A stretch of DNA of 24,382 nucleotides from the IMG/VR virus record IMGVR_UViG_3300002461_000857; one strand, written 5' to 3'. This DNA comes from a virus. A model generated the notes under the pieces. It was not told the DNA's origin. It did not search any database and saw only the letters and a program-made list of their open reading frames with translations. Of the stretch, positions 1 through 7,724 are shown piece by piece (the stretch's first letter is position 1; the number at the start of each line of letters is the position of its first letter). A program made the position numbers and the translations under genes.

Positions 1-310
1 TGATAGGATCGAGGAGCTCGCCCAGTGCGCCGCGGATCGGCTCGCGCCAGATCGGGATGATGCTCCCGGACAACCTGGCCAGGCACTCCGACGTGATCCA
101 GACGAAGGACTCCGGGGATCGCCCGACCTGGATCTTGAAGATCGATCGTCCCTGCCCGCACGGAACCTGGTGGAGCCGAGCATGCCAGTCGGGCCTCAGC
201 TCGGAGAGTCGCCTGAGGACTTCTCGAGCCACGACCTCTCGCGCCGACTCGACGTCTGCCGAGGGAGGAAAGACGCGTGCCTCGTGGACTGGAACGTGGT
301 TGCTATCCAC
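1..310 (-). CDS. hypothetical protein, runs off the window edge (partial)
   Basis: Not in ORF track. Translated by hand: GTG at 310 with GGAGG upstream, overlapping the stop of the 303-1055 gene; frame open to base 1 (MDSNHVPVHEARVFPPSADVESAREVVAREVLRRLSELRPDWHARLHQVPCGQGRSIFKIQVG...). Confidence 0.7.
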   Translation of the reverse strand, partial: MDSNHVPVHEARVFPPSADVESAREVVAREVLRRLSELRPDWHARLHQVPCGQGRSIFKIQVGRSPESFVWITSECLARLSGSIIPIWREPIRGALGELLDPI

Positions 311-1055
311 CTGACACCTCCGAACCTTTGATGGCTTCGATGACCAGATCGATGTCGATGAACATGGATCGACCATTGGACTCTTCGACCAGAGCCTTGA
401 CACGAGCGGAACAACGATTGCGTTCGTCGTCACGAACCATCGCTTCGAACTCGGAGGCAGAGGTACGATGACGAACAAGACCCCTCGCCCACTCGCACAT
501 GCGAGCGACATCCAAGGCTGAGAGAGGTTCGAGGTGCGGAGGATATGCCGGAGCGACGACCACGTCGGGAGGACCTGCCCTGAGCCATGACTTCAGCAGC
601 AAGGCGACTCGAGCATGCGCAGCATCTTCCTCGTCGGTACCGACCTTGCACTTGTCATCGCTCAACCTCATGAGCACGTGGCCCCGGCTCTCCGCTGCCG
701 AACGAAGCGCGTCCCGAGACGTCACGCTGTCGATCTCGGAAGGGTCGCATCTGTCTTGAACCGACTGGACCGCAAGGGCACTGCTCGAAGCACACGAGTA
801 GGTCATATCTCCGATCGCCTTGGTCCAACCGTACGGCGTCATCTCCCACCCCTTCGATGCAAGGAATCGGCAGACGATCATGTCGAGATCTTCGCGGACG
901 CGAGAGATGTCCTCCGACAGGATCGACGAGCCGACGAGACGCAGAGCGTCGCGTTCCCTCAGCGCGTGGGTTTCTTCTTCTTCTCGCGACCACGACGACT
1001 CTTCACTCTTCGTTCCCATCACTCCTCCTTCATGGTTCTCCACGTTGCTATTCAT
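303..1055 (-). CDS. hypothetical protein (250 aa)
   Basis: 3' part of ORF 303..1442; start placed at ATG 1055 (ATGA overlap with helicase stop, GGAGG 5 nt upstream). Alternative start 1019. Confidence 0.75.
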   Translation of the reverse strand: MNSNVENHEGGVMGTKSEESSWSREEEETHALRERDALRLVGSSILSEDISRVREDLDMIVCRFLASKGWEMTPYGWTKAIGDMTYSCASSSALAVQSVQDRCDPSEIDSVTSRDALRSAAESRGHVLMRLSDDKCKVGTDEEDAAHARVALLLKSWLRAGPPDVVVAPAYPPHLEPLSALDVARMCEWARGLVRHRTSASEFEAMVRDDERNRCSARVKALVEESNGRSMFIDIDLVIEAIKGSEVSGG

Positions 1056-4000
1056 GCCGTCCTCCGAACGCGTCGACTCCGACCCTGCATCTCGATCGCG
1101 TGATGAGCGAGCTCGACGAGGAAGTTGGCACCACCGACGTCGTGCTGGGCGAGGCCGCCGTTCTCCTCGCCGTCGATCATCTCCGCGGCCCGCATCTTCT
1201 TCGCGATCAGGTCGAGGGCGAGCGACTGGATCGTGTTGCGGTAGCCGAGGAAGACGACCCGGATCGGCTTGGTTTGACCGAGCCGCCACGAGCGACGGAT
1301 CGACTGTCGAAGGACCGACAGGTTGTACTCGATGCCGTACTGGATGATGGTATGGGCGAACAGGAGATCGAGACCGGTCTCGACCAGCTTTCCGTTCGTG
1401 AGCAGCACGTCGAATCCCTTGGCCTCCGCGGATGCTAGCCACTGGATCCGCTTGTCGGGCTGGACGCTGGACTCGAGCACCGCGACGCGAAGCCCCTTGG
1501 CCTCGAGGGCAGCCTTCACGCGACCTCGGGCGTCACGTCGCTTCGTCTGCGAGAAGAAGACCATGGACTTTCGTCCGGCCTCACGCTCAGCGACACAGAT
1601 CTCGACCGTGCGAAGATCCTTGGGCCAGATCTGCGAAGGGAAAGCCTTCGCCGAGGCGATCAGGATGGGACTCCCATCGTCGTCGAGGCCCTCGATCGCC
1701 TCGGCTTGGTCGGGACGATCCGGGTAGCCGAGACACGCCTGGATGTACGCGCCCAGGATCTTGGGATTGTGTCGGATCTGGCCTTGAATCTCGGACGCGA
1801 ACCGCATCGCCTCCGCCTGGACCAGAGGATCGTGATCGACGAGCTCGACTTCCTCGGAGTAGGGAGGCAACTCGACGCGAAGATCCTTGAGCTTGACGAA
1901 GATCGTGTAGGCCAGGAGCATGGGAATCATGGCCGGGCTCATGCCTGGGATCTCTCGGACCCGACCACCGCTGCTCCCCTTGCTGTAGTTGAAGGTCGAG
2001 GTCCGCCGATCGATCTTCTGGACCGTCTCGAATAGGCCATGGTGAGCGACGAACCGTGCGCACTCGTTGTGCTTGTAGGACTGTCGGAACCCGTGATCGA
2101 TCCGGTAGAGGAGATGGAAGATCGACGAGGCTCGGCCGCCGTACAGGGTCCCGGTCAGGGCCAGGATCTTCAGGGACGACGAGCCAAGGACCTGCACGGC
2201 GCGACCCTGGTCGGACTCCGCCCCCGCGAACTGATGGACTTCGTCGATGACCAGTCGGTAACGCCGTGCGTAGTGGGTCGCGATGTAGCGGGCCAGAGGC
2301 CATCGCTTCGTGGGCTCCTTCTTTTTCCCCTTCCCCTTCCCCTTCCCCTTCTTCTTGGGGGTGGTCTCTTCGACCTCCTCGGACGAGGACAAGGGAAGCG
2401 ACGTCCACATCGGCTCGCCACAGTCGCCGCACTTCCTCCGAAGATCGGAGTTCATGGACTCGACCGGAGCTCCAAGGTACAGCGATCCACAGTGCGAGCA
2501 CGTGATGCACCGCTTGACCCTGATCTTCTTGACGATCTCAGGCTGAGACCACTGATCCCGGCGGACCCTGGACTCCTCGACGATTCGCATGCGACGCGTC
2601 GAGTAAGCCGGTGCCCATCTCGCGCCGAGCTTGGCCATCTCCTTGCTCACGACGAGGCACCGTGCCGAAGGATCGGCGAAGAACGCATCGACATCCGAGC
2701 ACCGCTTCGCGAATCGTGACGCGCGAGGATCGCCGAAGACCACGGCGTTCTCGTGAACCCACTTGCTGACGAGGTGGGTCGGGCAGATGATGATCGTCTT
2801 CTTGGCCCCGGAGAGCGCGATGGCGACGTTGGCCATCGTCGTCTTGCCCGTCCCCTGCTCGCCGCAGATGATCACCGACTTGTGGTCACGCCACCGGTGG
2901 ACGACGGCGGCAGCGGCCTGACGCTGGATCTCCAAGATCTCGGGCTCGGATCGACCAGGAAGGATCCCTGGGGCGCGAAGCTTCGAGAAGTCGAGCCCTG
3001 AGAGGTCGCCGTTGAAGCTTGGCGTATGCCCGGACAGGATCGCCGCAGCGAGATCGTCTCCATGGTTCTCGAACCACTTCGAGGTCCGGATCGGATCCTC
3101 GTCGACGCGCCACGTCTCGAGGTCTCCAGTACTCAAGGAGATCGACGAGAGGTACGACACGATCCGCTCCTGTTTGATCCTCTCGTCCTCGGTGGTCAGT
3201 TCGACCGTGACTTTGAAGGATCCTCCCTTCATCAGGCAGTCGCCGATCTCAGCGCCGTCGAGGCACCCAGCCGCCAGGAGCATCGCCTGGTGACCCGGAC
3301 GAGGCGCGACGAGGGGGGTCTCGGATCGGATGTTCCGATCCGTCATCATGATCCCCCAGCGGGGCGACGCGTAGGCGCCGGTGGGCGACTCGCCGAGCAC
3401 GGGCGGAGCAGGAAGGCTCTCGTCGATCTCGAAAGCTCCGGTCGGAACGGAAGGAACAGGTCCGCCTTCGAAGACTTCCGATCCGAGGACACCGATCTCG
3501 CCGAGGTGGAAGACGTGGTAGCCCCACTGATTGGGGTCGCGCCGACGAGCGATCACCACGACCTGATCGAAGCTCTCCGACTCAGGGTGCGGGAACTCCC
3601 AAGCGCGAACGTCACAGAAGCTCTTCTGGATCGCCGTCTCGAACCTGTAATCCGAGAGGATCTTCCTCGGAACGATGAAGATCAGCAGGCCTCGAGGCGC
3701 GAGGAACTCGGCGGCGCGGAACAACCACGATACCTCTTGGCGCAGCGATCCGTCATCGTCGCTCCCATCGTTGTCATAGGGAGGATTGAGGAGTACGACC
3801 GAGAAGGTTGCCAGCTTGAGCTGATGGAAGGATCCGTGCAGAACGTGATCCATGACGAGCGATGCCGCCTCAGCACGGTCGCGATCAAGCTCGACGCCAT
3901 AGCTCTTGAGTCCCCAGGCCTTCGCGAGGCAGGCCGCTGCATCGCCCCGGCCTGCACATGGATCGAGAAGAGTCGCGCCGGGCTCGAACTTCAAGCGAAC

Positions 4001-4078
4001 CATCTTCATGAGAATGCTGACGATCCGATCCGGGGTCGGAAAGAACAGCATCTTTGCGACTGCTTCAAGGCGTGCCAT
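1052..4078 (-). CDS. N6-adenine/N4-cytosine DNA methyltransferase (DUF6094-like) fused to SNF2/DExH helicase, 1008 aa
   Basis: Start MARLEAVAKMLFFPTP at 4078 (TGATG overlap). MTase motif I LDPCAGRG, GVELD, motif IV LNPPY. Walker A GEQGTGKT, Walker B DEVH, motif III LTGT, motif V LVETGLDL, motif VI QSIRRSWRLGQ. CxxC...CxxC zinc finger (CSHC/CGDC) inside the helicase domain. Confidence 0.92.
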   Translation of the reverse strand: MARLEAVAKMLFFPTPDRIVSILMKMVRLKFEPGATLLDPCAGRGDAAACLAKAWGLKSYGVELDRDRAEAASLVMDHVLHGSFHQLKLATFSVVLLNPPYDNDGSDDDGSLRQEVSWLFRAAEFLAPRGLLIFIVPRKILSDYRFETAIQKSFCDVRAWEFPHPESESFDQVVVIARRRDPNQWGYHVFHLGEIGVLGSEVFEGGPVPSVPTGAFEIDESLPAPPVLGESPTGAYASPRWGIMMTDRNIRSETPLVAPRPGHQAMLLAAGCLDGAEIGDCLMKGGSFKVTVELTTEDERIKQERIVSYLSSISLSTGDLETWRVDEDPIRTSKWFENHGDDLAAAILSGHTPSFNGDLSGLDFSKLRAPGILPGRSEPEILEIQRQAAAAVVHRWRDHKSVIICGEQGTGKTTMANVAIALSGAKKTIIICPTHLVSKWVHENAVVFGDPRASRFAKRCSDVDAFFADPSARCLVVSKEMAKLGARWAPAYSTRRMRIVEESRVRRDQWSQPEIVKKIRVKRCITCSHCGSLYLGAPVESMNSDLRRKCGDCGEPMWTSLPLSSSEEVEETTPKKKGKGKGKGKKKEPTKRWPLARYIATHYARRYRLVIDEVHQFAGAESDQGRAVQVLGSSSLKILALTGTLYGGRASSIFHLLYRIDHGFRQSYKHNECARFVAHHGLFETVQKIDRRTSTFNYSKGSSGGRVREIPGMSPAMIPMLLAYTIFVKLKDLRVELPPYSEEVELVDHDPLVQAEAMRFASEIQGQIRHNPKILGAYIQACLGYPDRPDQAEAIEGLDDDGSPILIASAKAFPSQIWPKDLRTVEICVAEREAGRKSMVFFSQTKRRDARGRVKAALEAKGLRVAVLESSVQPDKRIQWLASAEAKGFDVLLTNGKLVETGLDLLFAHTIIQYGIEYNLSVLRQSIRRSWRLGQTKPIRVVFLGYRNTIQSLALDLIAKKMRAAEMIDGEENGGLAQHDVGGANFLVELAHHAIEMQGRSRRVRRTA
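2327..2350 (-). repeat. (AAGGGG)x4 microsatellite encoding the KGKGKGKG tract
   Basis: CCCCTT x4 on the + strand, inside the helicase gene. Confidence 0.9.
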
Positions 4079-4608
4079 CAGCTCAGAACTCCATCGGCGA
4101 TCGCTTGCTTGACGAGAGGGGCCCAGGCGTCGACATGGGTGTCGATCTTGTGCACCGAGATCCCGAAACCGAACACGGGGACGATCGCCTTCCCGCGGAG
4201 TCCGATCTCCCAGATCGCGTCGCTCCAAGACTTCCGCATCGGGACACGGCACAGCTGGGCGAGGCGACTGAAGTACTTCGTCGATGGGTCAGGTCCGATC
4301 TGGAAGAACCGGTCTCGTGTCACCGTCGACTGACGCGTCGCGTCGTTGTGGACCAGAACGATGTGAACACTGTTCCGATCGTGAAGAGAGGAGCTGATCG
4401 TGGTGTAACGATCGCCGTCACCCACGTGAAGTCGGACGCCAAGAGAATCGATCCAGATCCCTGAGTCGCCTCGCTTCCGGCTCACGATCGACGCCCAGAT
4501 CCCTCTCACTGCGTTGCGGTGACCGAACATGGAGAGGAACACGATGTCTCCGTCGTGACGGATCGCGTCGCTCCAGCACGAGCACCCACGACTGTCGATC
4601 TTGATCAC
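4078..4608 (-). CDS. hypothetical protein coupled to the methylase-helicase (176 aa)
   Basis: GTGA overlap at the start, TGATG overlap with the helicase. N-terminal DAIRHDGDIVFLSMFGHRNAVRGI resembles, from memory, conserved hypotheticals found beside DUF6094/helicase genes in ICEs and plasmids. Confidence 0.8.
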   Translation of the reverse strand: MIKIDSRGCSCWSDAIRHDGDIVFLSMFGHRNAVRGIWASIVSRKRGDSGIWIDSLGVRLHVGDGDRYTTISSSLHDRNSVHIVLVHNDATRQSTVTRDRFFQIGPDPSTKYFSRLAQLCRVPMRKSWSDAIWEIGLRGKAIVPVFGFGISVHKIDTHVDAWAPLVKQAIADGVLS

Positions 4609-4943
4609 TGGACCTCCGGTCGCATCGACTCGACGAACCTCTGCATGTGAACGATCTCGAGGATCCGAGCGTAGAGACCGGCGGATCGGGAAGCCCCCCT
4701 GGACGAAGCCTTGGCGAGTAGCGACTTGAGCTCGTCGACGACCGCTGGATACTCCCCGACGATCCAGATCGCGAGGAAGTCCGGCGCCCAGTTCGTGGAG
4801 ATCATGACCGCGATCTCGTCACGGGACGGCTCGATGACTTCGTCCGTCGAGGACTGGACCATCGGTCGCACCTTCTCGGGGTACCGGACCACCCGCGATC
4901 CCGCGGGATGGGGCGCTCCGTGAGTCCATCGGACAGGGATCAT
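4605..4943 (-). CDS. hypothetical protein (112 aa)
   Basis: ATG 4943 overlaps upstream stop (ATGA); stop overlaps next start. Confidence 0.7.
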   Translation of the reverse strand: MIPVRWTHGAPHPAGSRVVRYPEKVRPMVQSSTDEVIEPSRDEIAVMISTNWAPDFLAIWIVGEYPAVVDELKSLLAKASSRGASRSAGLYARILEIVHMQRFVESMRPEVQ

Positions 4944-5458
4944 GACTGGCTCCTTGGGTCGGGCCACGAGAGGCAGACCCTGCTGCGCATGACGCCGCTT
5001 CGAACCGCGTCCCTGAACGCGGCGATCGTTCGGATTCGATACTGGACCGTCACCCATGACTCGACACGCCCACAGTTGGAGTGAGGCATGGGCCCGTCAG
5101 CGATCAAAACGGTCCTCTCGCTGAGCTTGGCGCCTTCGATCTTGACCAGCTCGGCCAGCAGCTCGTCGGCGAGAGCGAACGCCTCAGGCGTCCCGGGCAT
5201 CTCGACGTTGCGGTAGTGGGTCGATCCTCGGCATTCGGAGTAGGACCCTCCCACGGCTCGAACCCGACGCCCGTAGCGTCGGGTGAAGTCCGGAAGATCG
5301 TAGAACCTTACCGTGAACCGACCAAGAAGACTGTTCACGATCTGGTCGATCGTCACGACGATGTCGGGGAAGGCCTTCAGCTTGCGGATCTTCGACAAGA
5401 TCTCGAGCGCGGCATCGTCCGCATCGATCACGGATCCGCCCTGTGTTGTGGTGTTCAT
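4940..5458 (-). CDS. hypothetical protein (172 aa)
   Basis: Start MNTTTQGG at 5458 with ATGA overlap and GGAG upstream. Confidence 0.75.
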   Translation of the reverse strand: MNTTTQGGSVIDADDAALEILSKIRKLKAFPDIVVTIDQIVNSLLGRFTVRFYDLPDFTRRYGRRVRAVGGSYSECRGSTHYRNVEMPGTPEAFALADELLAELVKIEGAKLSERTVLIADGPMPHSNCGRVESWVTVQYRIRTIAAFRDAVRSGVMRSRVCLSWPDPRSQS

Positions 5459-5676
5459 CGGTGGCGCTCCAGTTCGGCCCGTCCCGCGGCAGTGATCTCG
5501 TAGTGGTCGTACGCCGGTCGCAACCAACCCGCATCTTCCAGCGACCAGATCACGGAGGCGTAGCTTTCGGTGCCCGCCGCCGCTGCGAGATCATCACTCG
5601 CGGCCCTGGTGCTAGCGTCGCTGGCCTTGGCGTAAACAGCGAGAACCTTGATCGATGCGGGCATCGTGGTGTTCAT
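5455..5676 (-). CDS. small winged-helix-like DNA-binding protein (73 aa)
   Basis: ATGA-coupled start with GGAGG. C-terminal LEDAGWL...YEITAAGRAEL matches the wing/terminal helix pattern of PadR/MarR-type wHTH proteins. Confidence 0.6.
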   Translation of the reverse strand: MNTTMPASIKVLAVYAKASDASTRAASDDLAAAAGTESYASVIWSLEDAGWLRPAYDHYEITAAGRAELERHR

Positions 5677-5882
5677 GGCGAACCGACCTCCAGTTCGGCA
5701 CGCGGGACCCACGTGTGCGTCCCACCGAGGATGGACCAGCTTGCGACCAGGTCACCGCCGCGATAGATGGACGCATCCCAACCACGCTTCTTGGCGACTG
5801 CCAGGGCCTCTGCGAACGACTCCGCTGGCACGGGCTCGTGGTGGTCGAAGTTGAGCGAACGAACCGTGAACTTGTCGGTCAT
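5673..5882 (-). CDS. hypothetical protein (69 aa)
   Basis: MTDKFTVRSLNF...; stop overlaps next start; typical small phage protein composition. Confidence 0.7.
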   Translation of the reverse strand: MTDKFTVRSLNFDHHEPVPAESFAEALAVAKKRGWDASIYRGGDLVASWSILGGTHTWVPRAELEVGSP

Positions 5883-5913
5883 GGCGTTGAACCTTGTCGA
5901 GGAGTAGTGACGG

Positions 5914-6348
5914 TCACGCACACGTCTCACTGCCCGCGACGGACACGAACGCGCTAGGACTGTTCGACCCGTCGCGAAGACGGACAAGAGGAACGTCGAG
6001 TCCGTAGCCCACGAGAGCCGAGTAAGTCTCGTAGGCCCTACGCGACTCGACAAGCATCGAGACTCCGCGCCCCTTGAGCATACGACCGATCCTGACCCCG
6101 CATGGATACACGACCGAAGCTGTGGTGGATCGAACCCCACGAAGACTGGAACCCTTCTCCCAGCACGAGATCCCGCGCACGCTCCACTTGACGAAAAACT
6201 TCGCCGGAGAGAACGGGTACCTAGGTTCCTGGAACGTGGCTACGACCTCGCCGCGGTCGAAGCTTCCGCCCCGACCCCTCTCCACGATGTCGCCGATCTT
6301 GAACGGGAACAGCAACCGGAACATCTCCTGAGGCGTCATCTCGACCAT
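5914..6348 (-). CDS. hypothetical protein, first gene of leftward operon (144 aa)
   Basis: ATG 6348 preceded by GAAGG; FKIGDIV motif suggests an SH3-like beta-barrel. Start could be 6339 or 6324. Confidence 0.6.
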   Translation of the reverse strand: MVEMTPQEMFRLLFPFKIGDIVERGRGGSFDRGEVVATFQEPRYPFSPAKFFVKWSVRGISCWEKGSSLRGVRSTTASVVYPCGVRIGRMLKGRGVSMLVESRRAYETYSALVGYGLDVPLVRLRDGSNSPSAFVSVAGSETCA

Positions 6349-6379
6349 GCACACCTTCGACGTCGCAGAAACGGCCCAA

Positions 6380-6414
6380 CTTCCACTCCTGATGCGGTCT
6401 GGCGCACCAGGAGC
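6380..6414 (-). promoter_or_regulatory. leader RNA hairpin element, leftward copy
   Basis: GCUCCUGGUGCG-CCAGAC-CGCAUCAGGAGU-GGAAG: 12-bp stem (two G-U), 6-nt loop. Confidence 0.7.
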
Positions 6415-6422
6415 CTTGGGTC

Positions 6423-6451
6423 TTGCGTACACCGGTCCGGTAGGGTAACTT
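6423..6451 (+). promoter_or_regulatory. sigma70-type promoter for rightward operon
   Basis: TTGCGT (6423-6428)-N17-TAACTT (6446-6451) in an AT-richer patch at the divergence point. Confidence 0.7.
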
Positions 6452-6470
6452 TTTCAACCCGGGCAGGCAA
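6442..6470 (-). promoter_or_regulatory. sigma70-type promoter for leftward operon
   Basis: TTGCCT (6470-6465)-N17-TACCCT (6447-6442); its -10 overlaps the -10 of the rightward promoter. Confidence 0.65.
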
Positions 6471-6476
6471 GCATGA

Positions 6477-6511
6477 ACTCCTCGAGCGGCCCAGCGCATG
6501 GGGAGTGGAAG
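6477..6511 (+). promoter_or_regulatory. leader RNA hairpin element, rightward copy
   Basis: ACUCCUCGAGCG-GCCCAG-CGCAUGGGGAGU-GGAAG: 12-position stem (two G-U, one A-A mismatch), 6-nt loop; homologous to 6380-6414. Confidence 0.7.
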
Positions 6512-6554
6512 AGCGGGGTGAGGGCGCACGTCAGACCAAGCGAGAGCGAGAACC

Positions 6555-6653
6555 ATGGACCCCTTCGTCAGAACCCTTCTCTGGATCCTCGACAAGTCCG
6601 CGTTCGTCGCAGCGATCACCCTCGGGATCATCTTCGCGAGGTGCGTGTCATGA
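6555..6653 (+). CDS. small hydrophobic membrane peptide (32 aa)
   Basis: Not in ORF track: MDPFVRTLLWILDKSAFVAAITLGIIFARCVS; stop overlaps the next ATG (ATGA); GC-rich third codon positions. Confidence 0.6.
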   Translation: MDPFVRTLLWILDKSAFVAAITLGIIFARCVS

Positions 6654-6940
6654 GCGCGGACCTGTTTGCGAGAAGCCTCCTCTGGACCAAGGTTGACGAG
6701 CGCATGTACGTCGCCACTGCGTCCGTCGTGATCGACAGGCGCCCGATCAGGGTGGAGCTCCGCATCGACGGACGCGCCGCTGACCACTTCCGAGTCGACT
6801 GCGCGAAGGGCATCCCGCTGTGGGAGGCCATCGACGGGAGCCAGGAGTTCCCGACCACCCTCGCCGCGGCCAAGGTCGTTGCCAAGGTCTGGTTCAAGTC
6901 CGCCAACGACCAGGGCACACTCAGCCCGAGGTGCACATGA
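6650..6940 (+). CDS. hypothetical protein (96 aa)
   Basis: 3' part of ORF 6473..6940; ATG 6650 with GAGG upstream; ATGA overlaps at both ends. Confidence 0.7.
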   Translation: MSADLFARSLLWTKVDERMYVATASVVIDRRPIRVELRIDGRAADHFRVDCAKGIPLWEAIDGSQEFPTTLAAAKVVAKVWFKSANDQGTLSPRCT

Positions 6941-7203
6941 ACGCTCGACGAGCTGCCGAGATCGGAGCCAGGTTCGCCGAGACTCTCCCCTGCGTCGACG
7001 ATCGGGTGAGGCGTCCCAATCTCTCCACCGTCGACGTAGACGGACTCCTGGGAGGAGACTCGACCTTCGAAGAGAGAACGGCGTTCGAATGGGCCGTGAT
7101 CGGAGGCGTTGCGAAGAGCGAAGGCGACGAGATGACGACCCTCTACTGCAAGCATCGTCTCGAGACCATCATCGCCAAGACCGAGCGAGGAGAAACCCTG
7201 TGA
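6937..7203 (+). CDS. hypothetical protein (88 aa)
   Basis: MNARRAAEIG...; ATGA overlap, GAGG upstream. Confidence 0.7.
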   Translation: MNARRAAEIGARFAETLPCVDDRVRRPNLSTVDVDGLLGGDSTFEERTAFEWAVIGGVAKSEGDEMTTLYCKHRLETIIAKTERGETL

Positions 7204-7523
7204 CCGCCATGCCCATCGCACCCGGAACCGTCCTTGTCTCTTCCTGGGGCTACGACCAGACCAACGTGAACTTCTACGTCGTGGTCAGCGCGACCCGAAA
7301 GACCGTCACGGTCCGGGAGCTTCGCTCCGAGGTGATCGACGGCGATCGCGTTGTCCCAGTCGCGGGCAGCGAGAACGGGCCCGCGATGCGTCGCAAGATC
7401 AACATCCGCGCAATGTCGCCGGTCCTCTGCAGCGATCGCCCCTCGGTGAGGATCGATGGAGCGTTCGCCTACCCCTGGACGGGCCGTGCCGAGCGCCAGA
7501 CCGAGGCCATGGCAGGCCACTGA
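7200..7523 (+). CDS. conserved phage/plasmid hypothetical protein with SWGYDQTNVxFY motif (107 aa)
   Basis: GTGA overlap, AGGAG upstream. GTVLVSSWGYDQTNVNFYVVV is a motif I recognise from widespread phage/plasmid proteins of unknown function. Confidence 0.8.
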   Translation: MTAMPIAPGTVLVSSWGYDQTNVNFYVVVSATRKTVTVRELRSEVIDGDRVVPVAGSENGPAMRRKINIRAMSPVLCSDRPSVRIDGAFAYPWTGRAERQTEAMAGH

Positions 7524-7526
7524 GCG

Positions 7527-7724
7527 GTGATCGAGCCCACCCAGATCCATGAGGCCGATTCTTCTCGCACGATCGGCCTGTCTGAACCTGCCGCAATCGA
7601 TCACCTGATCGTGCGCGCGATGGCATACGCGAAGCGTCCGTCGATCTCACGCAAGCGAGCCCTCATCCGTGCGATCGACACCACTCTCAAGCTCTACTCG
7701 AACCCGACGAGATCCACGCGATGA
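7527..7724 (+). CDS. hypothetical protein (65 aa)
   Basis: Fills the gap in the operon; stop overlaps next start. Confidence 0.6.
   Translation: MIEPTQIHEADSSRTIGLSEPAAIDHLIVRAMAYAKRPSISRKRALIRAIDTTLKLYSNPTRSTR

Noticed and set aside
4079-4252. N-terminal extensions given by the ORF track (also 303..1442, 6473.., 9452.., 10182.., 11332.., 21735..)
   Set aside because: They overlap neighbouring real genes and are Arg/Pro-rich junk; internal starts with RBS or stop-start overlaps fit better.
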